Shown in pieces: positions 13,950 through 26,540 of a stretch of 64,000 nucleotides of DNA. Each line of letters starts with the position of its first letter. The stretch's first letter is position 1. The DNA lies in assembly GCA_030265395.1 (NCBI GenBank), contig JARFYF010000055.1, positions 22,895,445 through 22,959,444 on the forward strand. Reading direction: 5' to 3'. The DNA is from Rhina ancylostomus. Lineage: Eukaryota. Position numbers and translations under genes: made by a program. Under the pieces are notes generated by a model that was not told the DNA's origin, made no database searches, and saw only the letters and a list, made by a program, of their open reading frames with translations.

Positions 13950-16900
13950 TGATTGCAGTGTTGTCTGCAAGATTATCATCCGCCTCATTATGTTAAATAT
14001 CATATGGGCCGGCCTTCTCTGTGTCTTTGCTAACCTGCAAAGCGGCACTACTCTGGCAAAGACCAGCTATTCAATAGAAATATTATTAATTTATTAAAAC
14101 GATGACTACCTTATATTATCTGGAAAGCGTTTCTGAAGGGAAAGATCTCCACAGCGAAATACACGTGTAAAACTTCGCGGGTTACACAATTTAACCTTTT
14201 TTGTACCGAACTTTCAGGAAGTTGATACGTTTCCACATTAATCCACCCCCTTCTGGTGAGCGGTCTGTAACCGCCTTTAAACGGTTGGAGACGTTTCCAA
14301 ATCGGTGTAAAGCTGACCCGTATTTAAATGTGGATAATGGGTTCGAATCTGGGATTCCGTTCCACTGGGCAAGGATCAGTTTAAAATCAAGGTTGATGTT
14401 AATAATTGGTTGTGGACTTCCAGTGCAGAAATGATTGCAGAAAGGATGGAGGAGATTGGATTACCATTTCCTTGTATCATTTGATTTTGTCACCTCACTG
14501 GTTCTTGCAGGAAGATAATTCGTAATAAAATATTTTAAACTGGATCTTCAGCTCAATCAGAATATTGCGAACACGAGCATAAGTAACAGGAAGCTTTTAA
14601 TTACAAGTGTTCAAAATGACTTCAGAACACCACCCTCTGATTTCTTTAAGGATCGTGTCAGAAATTGAGAACAGTAATTAGCGCAGGTGTGGAAATGCTG
14701 CGTTGTGGTATAAAGACCCATATACACAAGGGCTAAACTCCCTCCTTGTTGTACAGGCTGGGAATCACTTCACCTATTATGGTTAACATTGGGATTAAAC
14801 CGTACCATTTTAAGACCGCTTTTTTGACGTCTCCAATTTAATAATATTGTCTGGAGCATTTCAGATTTGCAAAGCCATCGTTTGAACTGGCTGCTTTGTT
14901 TGGTATCTAGAGAATCTATTTTCACCTACAGAACGAGCGCTCAGGAATTCAGGGTGTATACAGACAGGGAATGCGGGATACTTGTAGGGACATCATCTGC
15001 CAGTCCCAATCGTGGACTCTTCTCGCCTATTTTCACAAATTGGTTATAATACAAATTACATCCAACTCGAATCCGCTTTGCATTTGCATAGAGCAGTTAC
15101 TCGAAAGGCAGCGTGAAAACGGCACACAAATCTACCCAATCCATGTAATTCTGGGGAACTGAGGGATTGTTAGTTAACTTGTTTTTAGTAGCCATATACA
15201 ACTGTTTTTTGGATCCATTTACATCGCCCAAAATCCTCCCGCCTGTATTTCAGAGCGAAGAGCGAAGCCCAGGTGTACACACCATTCTGTTATGTGATCA
15301 GGTCAGGTAGCCGCAGTGGTAGCATCTGCGCTGGATATCAAACAGGTACAGAACTAATCACAATTATCATTTCCAATCTCACACACTGTCCCCGTTCACG
15401 TATCTCACTTTTTTATTTTCTATCCTGACTCGATGCATTCCCAACTTCTGTGTTACTGGTAGCTTTGATTCACGCTTGCAGTTTTTGGAGCTAAATGCCA
15501 CGCTCCAACATGTTCGCAGTGTTTTCCACGCACACGAGTTTCACGTGGAAAATGCAGCAGAATATTTGCGAAAATTGCATTAATTANNNNNNNNNNTTGC
15601 AATTTTTGCAAATAATTAGCGTTCAATGTTAGTGAGGATCACCCTTAGAATTACTTGACTGGTTGGTGGACTGACGTGCACAGTAACAGAAAAAAGTTTG
15701 CATCTGAGTTACGTGGTGTCAGAACTCAGGGCGACTCGGCACTGTTGTAAAATACTTGTGGAAACAACACAGAATATTAATAAAAACAATACTTTCTGCC
15801 CTCTACCGGCGATTGCCTTGAATTATCATAAAATGACGGGCGCCCTTTGAGATATAAAAACAATGGGTGTGTTTAATTATTATTTATACTGATAAGGCAG
15901 TGGTATCTCATTGAAGAACATCGCCCTGCTGTGAGCATCAGTGCCGGCGTGGGTTCTGCGTTGATGCAGTTCATTGTTTATTGACGTCGCCCAGTTATTT
16001 CTCTCCCCATTTCAGTGGGCACGACCCGATTGTTTTATTGGTGAAACAATAAAGGCATGACAAATTAAATTGGACAAATTTATTTTGAATTCCGTACCTA
16101 ATGAAAGAGCTAAAACTAATATAATAACCAGTGAACAGAAGGTTGAATCTTAGGAATTACGTGGGGCCATTTCTGTCCGTCCAAAGCCTGGTTTTTGCCA
16201 GCTTTGATTCAGCTCCCTATTCCCAACCCCCACACCACCATAAAGTGAGAGAGTAGTGTTTGGGCTGTGTAACCAAACTGATTGGACCCATTCCCCACTT
16301 CTCCCTCTCCCCACGCATCCTCAACGGCAGCTGGATACATTTATGATTCTTAGTAAAATACCCTCAGTGTATTTTGCTGGAGCAATATTGGGCAATATTT
16401 GACACTGAGATGTAAGAACCACTAACTAAGGAGCTAAAGGAGGAGATACATTAAAAAGAGAGAAAATTCCAGAGCTGAGTATGTTGAAAGCTGAAAAAAA
16501 ACAGAATTATAGGAGTGCAGAGATCTCAGCTGATACCGACGGAAGGGGAACGAGGAGCTGCCACCCACTTCATCCAAATAGGAGGTAAAGGGAGCTTAGC
16601 CAGGACTCCCATTTCTGACCTCTACTCAGCAATGCTCCTGGGAGAAAACGTTTGAGAAAGGAGGAGGCTCGGCTTCTGATGCCTCCCATGTGCATCAACC
16701 TGCCCACAGTCACATTTAAAGAATTGCCTCTTGGGTCTGGGTTGCAGAAATGTCCTTGAGCAAGGAGTGACCATCTTGAGTGGCAGAGAAACGTGGCAAA
16801 AATCAATCAATAAAAATATCCCAATTATCTGCACCGGGGTACTTAATAATCATGCCCGTTCGGTGTCAGTTTTAAATATTTATTTTGCCAGATAATACGG

Positions 16901-17100
16901 GCCATTTAAAGGCATTTAGAATCATCTCCAAGATGATACATATTTTTTATAAAGCACACAAATATTACTCTGAGGCCTTGTGACATTACTGGAGGTTTCA
17001 ACTTTACGGCATGGAAACTCTCTTCTGGTTGTGTCCCACAATCAAAAGATAACCGCACAATAGGTCAAATAACATCCGTCACGTAACAATTTTTCTTTTT
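13950..17100. promoter_or_regulatory. Orphan CpG-rich island / candidate downstream enhancer region
   Basis: Abrupt rise in CpG frequency relative to CpG-depleted flanks (9-13.9 kb and >17.2 kb); no credible ORF; clustered Sox and homeodomain motifs at 15820-16060. Confidence 0.55.
16330..16560 (-). mobile_element. L2-type LINE 3' fragment
   Basis: Similar to the reverse complement of the L2-like 3' end at 29300-29540 (AAATTCCAGAGC, TTTGACACTGAG). Confidence 0.4.
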
Positions 17101-18294
17101 TGATTTTCTTTGCTCACTCCTTGGTCTGTACAATTTCTAGAGTACATGGTTACCAGGTTCTGCTAGCTAATTCTAAAAGCCTAGCTTGTTCGAGTGAAAG
17201 CTTTTGTATTTATTTCAAAACACATTGAATTCAGAGTAGAATAACTCCATTGAATAAACAACAAAGACTGGCACTGGAAACTATTCTTCCTATTTACAAT
17301 TCTACAGGATTGGTGTTAGCAACTGTTTGTATTGTGGTGTGTCCTTCGACCACAACTACCACCAACTGTTGAATACTTTCAGTCTAGGTTAACCACTGAG
17401 GCACTGTCACTACGTTTTCTTATATTGCACTTTCAAAGTGGAAGAAGGATGTCCTTAAAGTGAATATGAGAAAAAAATAAAGTGGCTTGACATTTTCTTT
17501 TTACTTACTGCAAAGTTATTGCAATTTTTTCTCCTCTCTTTTAGGGCTGTCCTCTAATAAGGAGTAATCTTGAGATTTCTATTATTCTTTAACTTCACTG
17601 AAAGATCTTAACTGAACAGACAGTTTATTATGCTATCTGCAAGTTTCAGTCTAACCAGAATATTCCAAATGAACCATTTCCATTGTAACTACAGGCAAGA
17701 AGCATTGTAGAAGGTGGGATAAAAATGTATTTTAAACATAGACTGTGTCAGTATATTTCTCAAAGAAATTACAAAGATAAGGAAAATGCTATAAACCTTA
17801 TCTTCTACAATGCTTTCATAAGTGTCAGTAGTTAAAGATGGTAAAACCAATATCTCAGTGGGGGGGGAACAAATTATTGGTGTGAATTATTTCGACATTA
17901 CAATTGATCTTCTACCGTTTAATCTCTGTTCTTTTCATGGACTCAACACAACACCAATTTTAATTCACTAGTGGAAGAAGGATGAGGTATCCTTAGCTTT
18001 AAGCAAAACCTAAAACCATGAACATATGTCAGCCACTCTGGATATTACACTGCTTCTCTCTGTTTGTGGTTCCAAACATATTCACATCTTTAAATCCCCC
18101 AAAATACCAGGGCTTAAAGCAGTTTCCTTATTGCTGAAATTCTGTCTGATTCATTATCACTGTGTTCCCTTGTAGCAGGCTTTAGAGGTTACCCAAATGA
18201 AGTTTTGCTTATTTACATTTACAATAAACCTTTTCTGTCTGTGATTCAAACATCAAAATTTTGCCTGACAGCTCTGGCAAGTGGGAGATCAAAA

Positions 18295-18530
18295 AAGAAA
18301 TCTGCAGATGACAGAAATGTGAAATAAAAATAGAAAATGCTAGGAACACCCACCAGGCCTGGCAGCAGCTGTGGAGAGGGAAACAGGCAACCCTTCATCA
18401 GCTAGTTCCAGCACCTAAGCTATTGATTGTCTCTCTTTCCACAGGTGCTGCCTGGCTGTTGGGTTTTTACTTTCTGTTCTGAACAGCTTTACTTGCTGTT
18501 CCTGTTACAGCACTTTCTGTTTTTACTTCC
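18295..18530. mobile_element. Penelope-like non-autonomous relic, inverted dimer
   Basis: Left arm CTGCAGATG..GAAATAAAAATAGAAAATGCTAGG..GGCAGCAGCTGTGGAGAGGGAAACAG; reversed arm CTCTCTTTCCACAGGTGCTGCCTGG..CAGCACTTTCTGTTTTTA; at least five related copies in the window. Confidence 0.65.
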
Positions 18531-18884
18531 CTTTTGGAGTCAGTGACGGTGTCTGACATTCACAGGGTAGGTTCCACAGATCAGAGGTAGGTATAGAGCT
18601 CCCTCTAGTCAATTCACTAATGCACATCAACCTTTGCTTTAGAAGTACGTACTTCTACTGTGACTGTATGAGATCCTTCCACTCGTCTTCCCGCAAATCA
18701 ATATTATCTCAACAGTAAGATGTTAACTATAGAATCACTTATTTAGCAATTATGAATAACAACTTAAGATTGTTAAGATCTTACTTCTATGCTCTTGGTT
18801 TAATAAGAGGAATGGAACTGCAAAGAATTATATCAGCTTCACTTCTTTGCCACTCAACTCCTGCAGAACCCAGATTTCAACTTG

Positions 18885-19365
18885 TGGAGTTTGCAGAGGA
18901 GATTTCTAAACATTCCCGAAAATGAGACTCCTCAATTGTGCGGGGAGACAAGGATAGGTAAGGTTGTTCTCCATAAAGCAGAAAAGATTAACTAGAAACT
19001 TACTAGAGCTGCTAACAATTCTGAAGTCCTATAATGGAGAGATAGAAGGAAAATATTTCCAAGCCAGAAGGTTGGTAACAGGAGGACACAGATTTACAAC
19101 AACTAGAGAAAAACTGGGGGCAGACAAGGAGAATTTCCTTGTTTGTACAGTGAGTTGTTTTAATCAGGAATGCAAAGCTGAAATTCTGGTCAAAGCATGT
19201 TCATTATTAACCCTCTGGAGGGAATTGGATATGTACTCAAAGAGGAAAAAAGTACAGGACAATGAGGAAAGAGCAGGAAAAGGTGACTGATTAAATAGCT
19301 TTTTCGAAGTGCTGGCACAAGCATGATAATTTAATCGGTCTTGTCCTGCACTGTAACGTTCCATG
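18885..19365 (+). mobile_element. Diverged CR1/HER1-like LINE 3' fragment
   Basis: Degenerate ORF2 C-terminus (LFSIKQKRLTRNL..TGGHRF) and a tail resembling the other CR1 copies. Confidence 0.7.
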
Positions 19366-21689
19366 ATCTCACCAGGTGCAGCACTTGAAGGAGTCCACAA
19401 CTTTAAGGAAGAGGAGAAACATCACTTGGGGCTCTAAATCCTGTTTTTAACTCACTGAATCAGGTGGATATTTGGCAAGAACAGGATCTATTTCAGTTGT
19501 TTCAATCAGAAACTTTACAACAAATAGCCCCTAGACAAGGTATTAGAGAAGTAAAACTTCAGCTGAAGCAAAATCTGGCATACATTACCAATTTCAGGGA
19601 AGATGATAAATAAAATAATTTTGATGAGATTAAAAATTAGCTTTATGTTGTATGTTGGTCACACAAATAGCAGATTAAACAATAACCATGGAGCTGTGGC
19701 TTCTGAAGATGCTGGAGTCACATTACAGCAGCATATTGAAGACTAACAGCAGGACACCAGGTTTATAAAGTGTTTCAACTCTCACTGCAACAACTATGCA
19801 ATTGAGAAGGTTCCATGAGCTCCAGAAGTGGAGAAAAAGCAACAATAAACAAACACGCAGGAGCAGGTCACCACAAGGGAAGAGCTGCCCATTATATACC
19901 ATTAATCAACTCCCTGGAAAAAAAATCTCATCTCTACCCAATCTGGCCTACTTCATCTACCTCTATGCTATCTATACAGCAGGCATGTAATAATTATTGA
20001 CTTGCTACTGTTGTCTAAAATAGGACAAAAATCAGATAAAAATGGACGTANNNNNNNNNNNNNNNNNNNNNNNNNNNNNNNNNNNNNNNNNNNNNNNNNN
20101 NNNNNNNNNNNNNNNNNNNNNNNNNNNNNNNNNNNNNNNNNNNNNNNNNNGACAAAAATCAGATAAAAATGGAAGGAAAATGGCTTAGGGACATTATTCC
20201 ATTAAAAAAGCAGGGAGAGTTATGCATAATTTATCAAAGATCTTAATTCTTAGGAAAATATGAAAAGAACTTGCATTTGAATAGCACTTTTATACATCTT
20301 CAAAACATTCCAAAGCTTGTCAAGCAACCAAAAGTAGTTGTTCCAGCACTGTCTATCTTAGAACTGAACTATCCCAGAGAGCTGCAGTTACACATTCTTT
20401 TTCTTTACAACCTAAGCCCCATTTTACTTTCTATAATTTTTGATTTGTTTGAAAAAACCTAGTTGATGTAAAGTTACACAGCATCACTCTATAACTGAAT
20501 CTGTTCAAAATGAGCTTGTGCTTAAAATGGTTTGCAACGGACTCACTGTCGTACTGAATTGGATTGAGTCTTGTCCCAGCTACTATCACTTCAGATCACC
20601 AGCAACCTTCCAACAATGCACTGGAATTATTATGGTTAAAGCAAAGTCAACGCAGCTTTCTAGTGTAGGAGAAACCAAAAAATCTGTGATTCATGATATA
20701 GAACAATTTCTCCAGGCTTCCTTCCAATTCTTCTTCCAATCCATCCTTCATGAGCATTAACTAGACTTTACTTTCCACTTTGGACACATGGAAACCAACT
20801 TTACTCTTTGCACATTAGGCATTTTCAATCAGTGTAAGTGGGCAATGACCAAAGAATCTATTGGATCTCCAATGACCACACAAATACTCACTACTTGTCC
20901 ATCATTTGAAGTCCTTTGAACATAATCAAGAGCCTGACCAGCAGGAAATCAGATGGATTGCCCAGAAATTTAATCGCATTTTTGTGATTTTCCAAAATGG
21001 CCACGGTTTCAACATATTAGTACCATTCCAGTACTCCAGTTCTGTGTACTGGAACTTGTAGAGAGATGTGACTCCTTAAATTGGTTGCATTTCATTGCTG
21101 GCAAGGATGGAACTCTGATGTAGCATGATATTTACCATTGCCAATAGACATCAATTGTGGGGCTCTCCACCTGACTGATTTGATACAACACTCCCACTTA
21201 AACCTCAAGGGAATCTGCCTCTGTTCTATGGACTTCTGTTCCATCACTGTGGTTTGAATCTGCATCATTTGGGGTTTTTAGTTCAACATTTTATTTATCA
21301 CTATGTTCTTCCATTAGGAGGCCGTCATTCTAAGATCCCAGATTGTTTATATGCTTAATAAAAATGTGATATTTTTTACCTAGTCTCAGACATGCAGCAC
21401 ATTATTCAAGGTGAAATAAATCATTGCAGGTGAAAAGCTCAGAGTTTTTATGTAGTTTTTTTAATACTGTCAAAATAATCTGAAATGTCCACTTCTGAAA
21501 AGTACATGGATAGAGAAAAGATCTTCATTTTTGCATCCAGGCTGCAATGAAGTACAGATCCAAATGTTTCCTGTCACATTTTTTAACAAACTGAACAAGG
21601 TGATTTTCGTGTTTATGTGAGATATCGGTCCTGTTTCCAAATCTATGAACTAAATCAAAGGATTAAGTGTTGCCTCTATCTTTATCCAG

Positions 21690-21935
21690 AATAATGAAAA
21701 TACATAGAATGGAACAATGTAGATATCATATATAAACACCCGATTCAAGATCCAAGCATCACAGCCATGTTTTCAACATGCTCAAAGGTGCTGATGTTCC
21801 ATCACCCATGACAGAACATCAACAGGTTGATGCATAAACCTCCTCCATAACTGGAAAGTTGAAGCCAAGCCAGAGTGCAATTGTGACCATGCAAAACAAA
21901 CTGTGGAACATTTGGTAAACCACTCACCACTATAT
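21690..21935 (+). mobile_element. Vingi/Ingi-like LINE C-terminal zinc-knuckle relic
   Basis: From 21813 translates to RTSTG*CINLLHNWKVEAKPECNCDHAKQTVEHLVNHSP, matching the RTGxGRC..LHxW..CxC..QTxxH..CP motif; the stop is consistent with CGA>TGA decay. Confidence 0.65.
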
Positions 21936-24900
21936 TCTGTGTGCTCCTTCTACAGAGGAAGTGCAAAACTACACAAACTCTCTCCTGAATCCCTTTTAAG
22001 CTCGCAGAACTTGGCATTGGTGTTTAGCTTCTGAACATATTGCCATATGCTCTCTCTTTTTTGACATAATAAAACTGAGTGCTGTAGAACTTTGAAGATT
22101 TGCCAACATTACAACTGTACTTACAGAAGTTATTGATTCCAGCTATGAAACCTAAGACGCACCCACTTTGCTTAGATTTCACATCATCATTTTTTTTCTC
22201 TTTTTTTGTTCACATATTTCTTCCTGCTTTGTGTCCATTTTCTAAGAGCAACAAACCTGGTAACCAAGACAGATGAGATTAGGCCAAACTTACCTTTCCC
22301 AAACATCTCATCGACTAACTACTAAAGTTGAAAGCCTAACGTCATATTCTGTTGTTTTTTTTATTCAGATTGAAAAGGAAATTAAACAGTCATCCAGGGT
22401 TTCTGCTCTTCATTATTATCCCATGTCTCGTGGGTGCATATAATTAGAGAATTTTGATAAGCTAAAGCAAGAAGATTGTGATCCACACTTTAGGAGAAAT
22501 ATTGGGTTGGTTCTTCCTGGATCTGGACTGGTACCTGAACCAGTGGTACCAACCTACCCACATCCGGGGACCAACTAAACCAACCCTGTATATCCAAGGG
22601 TCCTCCAATGAGGTCCATCAGGCCCTGGATGACACCTCAGCCTCAGGCAACAGATGCCGAGATCTTGCCTCAGAACATTCCGATGGCGTTTTGACAGCTG
22701 CCGTCAAGAGCCTTTTGATAGACCATGTGACCTCCTGCTTTCCTCTGGGGTTTACCGCTAAGCCGAGAGATGAACCATTGACCTGCTGAACTAAGGGATT
22801 TGGATGTACTTTCTATCTGGTCCAGCCATGGCTGGGATGGGCAGCACAATCCCATATATTTAAACAACAAGGGAGGTGCAGAAAACAGTTTGTTTATTTT
22901 TCTTCATTTTACCTTAGTTTAATGGTATTAATTAACTTATGCTGCTTAAAGATGCATTTAAATATTTCAACTGGTATTAAATCATTTATTAAAAACAGAT
23001 TAAAACTATAAAAACACATAATTTAAAACACTTTTACCTAGATAATTAATACCATCAAATTAATGTAAAATGAAGAAAAATAAGCAAACAACTTCTTCAC
23101 CTCCCTGATGTGAGGACAGCTCATTGCCAGTTCTTACAGAATCAGCAGCCAGATGTCAGTTCAATCTGAACCAATAATTGAAAGACGGAGAAATTGGTCT
23201 CAGGTTCATCTTGGTCTGCTATAATGCATTCCCCTGCAGCTGGATCGCAATTGGTATTGCTAGAGACCCCAGAGTTCAGCTCGGGAATGGTGTGCAGACA
23301 CAAGAACAGAGGTTAATAAAGAAGCAACATGAAGATACCAGGTACAGAATAAATAATTTTCAGTTTGGCCTGCTGACAAGAAAAAGACTAATTATATTGT
23401 GCTATGCATTGAATAGATTAACTTGACAGATTATAGCACACACTTGAATCTCACAGTTTAAAAAGGAATGTGAAGCATTTAGTTAACACAAGCACCACTA
23501 TGTTACGCACATACTCTGTAGACTCCACAAACGGGCTTAAGCTCTTTGGAAATATCAGAGTATAACAAACCCAAAAAGAGCACCCTAAATGGCATTTTGT
23601 TTGGAGAACAGTTCAGTTGGAAACTGACCCAGCAAACAAGAAAAGCTTGAGTTTTTCTGTCCAGGTACTGTGCCGGGAATGGAGTTATGAATGGGGTTTT
23701 ATTCAGCAAACAAACCTTACAAATCATTATTCCCAAAGTAATGAAAATTAATCTCATTACCTTTCACAATGTCAGTAGCCAAAATTATGTAGAGTACTTA
23801 AGCTGTGTATGTGTAGAAGTAACATAGGGCTGGAAAATGTTTAGTGTGGTACAGTGTTGTGCACAACATAGACAGATTTTATCTAAACCTGATTGAGAAG
23901 TGCAGGTGTGTACTACAAGTGTAGATCATGGACTTCCTGAAATTTGTTTTGGTCCCTCCATGTGAATAATGTAGCTGCAGATGGAAGCCAACAAACATGT
24001 GCAGTGAAATTGAAGGGCTCAGAACTCCTCTTAATGCCAATTACAAAGAATTCTTCTGCAAGGCCCATGAATGGCTCATATGCTGAAGTTGGTCAAACAA
24101 AGAATTTGGTGAGGCCCACCTTGACATGAATTAAAAGGGAGCAAAAATAGCCTGGCATCCACAAAGGCATTGATCATCTTCCAGACAGACCCTCTNNNNN
24201 NNNNNNNNNNNNNNNNNNNNNNNNNNNNNNNNNNNNNNNNNNNNNNNNNNNNNNNNNNNNNNNNNNNNNNNNNNNNNNNNNNNNNNNNNNNNNNNCTTTA
24301 AGTATCATGCTTAGTGTTCACCTGAGGTTGTCATCCATACTTTGGATTGTGTGTCTGTCAACCCCCACCACAGGAACATGGCCTGATCATGTATCTGAAT
24401 ATTGAGCCCCACACCCAGCTAAGTGTGCGTCTGACCCCATCCTGATCCCCAATGTCACTCCATCCCCTGAAATCCAGGATTCCCTTCCCTGCTCCCTGAT
24501 TCCAGGCTTAATCCTTCTTAGTCTTCCCTTTAGCAACTCTCTCACCCTGCACAATCTGCAGCCAATCTAGTTTTCTATGCAAGTCGAATTGTTGTTGAAC
24601 AAGAGTATACTTATGTGAGAAAGGCTTATTATATCATGTGTAATGCCTTGGCTCCTGTGCAGGATTTGTTTGCTGGGATGCGCTGCTGACTGAAAGACTG
24701 AGGTCTTTTGAGGTGCAGAAAAATTGCTGGGCCATAACAAATGAGTCTATTTGCAAGTGCAGGTTTGGCACAGCCTGTGGAGGTGTTTGTATTGTCTGCC
24801 TGCCTCTTTACTGCTGCTTCATCCATTCCTGAGTGATGCTAGAGAAAGTGTTCATCCATATATTTCAGGGAGTGGACTCTGCAGGAACTGGGGTGTAGAG

Positions 24901-25899
24901 TTAATGCAGAAAATAGAATTATTATTTAACTTGTTAATATTTAATGCCTCTTTATTTGACAGCACTTGAACAAACCAGACCTCCTTATCATTTTCATTAA
25001 AGGAACTATCCTTATCTGGGGACCGCTGTGACCAGAAAATGCTACTTGAACACTCATGTGGAGTAAGGTTGTGTAACACAAGTGGTCATTGGCAAGAGCT
25101 GGCAAAAAAAAGTGCTGTTTGCTGAGAAATGAATGGGGCCCTATTGAAGCATGTAAATAGAAAGCCCAATTCAAAGGACCACAATAAGTGAGATGCACTG
25201 CACTGAAGTCTCAGAACATAAACCATTCAGTGGAGACTTATTATGTAGATATTACAACTACTGCTTTCTAGCCCTCTCATAATGCCTGTTTCTAACTTGC
25301 CAGAAAAATACCTCTTAGGAATAAGAGGTAAGGTCATAAAAATACCTCTCAGGAATCTGAATTGTTTGCAGGCTAATTCACATCTTAACCGAAACTGCCT
25401 GTCACCTCTGCTACTACAGTTGTCACCTTCAATTTTTGTAACGCTTGCTCTGAGGAATATCACCAAGATCACCTCACTCCAAGCATTTTATCCACTTTCA
25501 GGTATTATAACAAGAAGCTATTATCCATCCAATCTGTGAATTGCTCCCAATGCTAAACTGAAAGCTGTATCTTCAATCTGCATTGAAAATTCTAGTTGAT
25601 GAATCCAGGCTATTTAGTGACAAACACATTAATCAGAGACTTGTTGCAGCTAAATGGCTTAACTTGCAATGATAGTGCCACTGTTGTTTCTCTGAAGGTT
25701 AGTTCTGCAATGTCTCAGGATTGTTGTCACATAGCCTTCCAATGGCTTACCAACCCCATTCCACAGCACAGCTCCTAAAACTACCACTACTCCTGATCTC
25801 ATACACGGGGCCCCACTTACTCTATGCTGAACAGAGGCAACTAATAGTTGAACAGCAGGGTTATGACTACTTTTGCTAGCTGCATTTTTATCAAGTTTC

Positions 25900-26540
25900 A
25901 GGACCCAAAACCTTCAGCATCTATTGTGTGGGATCCTTCCACTATAGGTCCTGATGATGAACTGTAAAACACTCTGTTCATATTGCAAGGCAACCATTAG
26001 TACGAGACAGAAAGCTCATTTGGAAACAAGCACATTAATCAGATACCTGCAGCAGTTTCATCCTACAGCACTGTGTCACTGTCAGACAGAAAGCTCATTT
26101 GGGAACAGACACATTAATCTGACACCTGGAGCAGTTTCATCGTACTGTGCTGTGCTGGTGTGGTCACAATGAACAATGAGATGGAATCATGATGAAAATG
26201 AGCACCTTGTATAAAGTGCCTGTGCTGCATGTAGTTGTAGTAGTTGTTGTACGAGTGGTGAGAGGCTAGAGGTCCAGGGAGTTAATTCTGACAGTCTTGA
26301 AGGACGTAGAAGGAACTGAATCTCATTATCCTTGCGCTCTGTTTCACAATGCCCTCTGTTCGAGCAATGGGAACCCTTTGAAGAAGAGATTGTATTTGAC
26401 TATCTAAAGAATAACCAGAATACATAACAGAATTCTCTGCTCATCAACATGTTACCACCTAGATTATGCAGTTGATTAAGGAAAAAAACATCCCTTTATA
26501 TTTAGTTTTGTTCTGAGAAGGAGGATGCAGATTGCACAGA
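25900..26540 (+). mobile_element. hAT-type transposase relic with BED zinc finger
   Basis: SIVW..(1-nt frameshift)..CSYCKATIS...TSTLIRYLQQFHP matches the BED finger pattern; stops and frameshifts downstream. Confidence 0.6.

Noticed and set aside
20033-20173. Direct repeats flanking 100-N gaps (also near 4190/4320, 39245/39353, 47273/47391)
   Set aside because: Identical short sequences on both sides of fixed-size gaps indicate unmerged contig overlaps, not real repeats.
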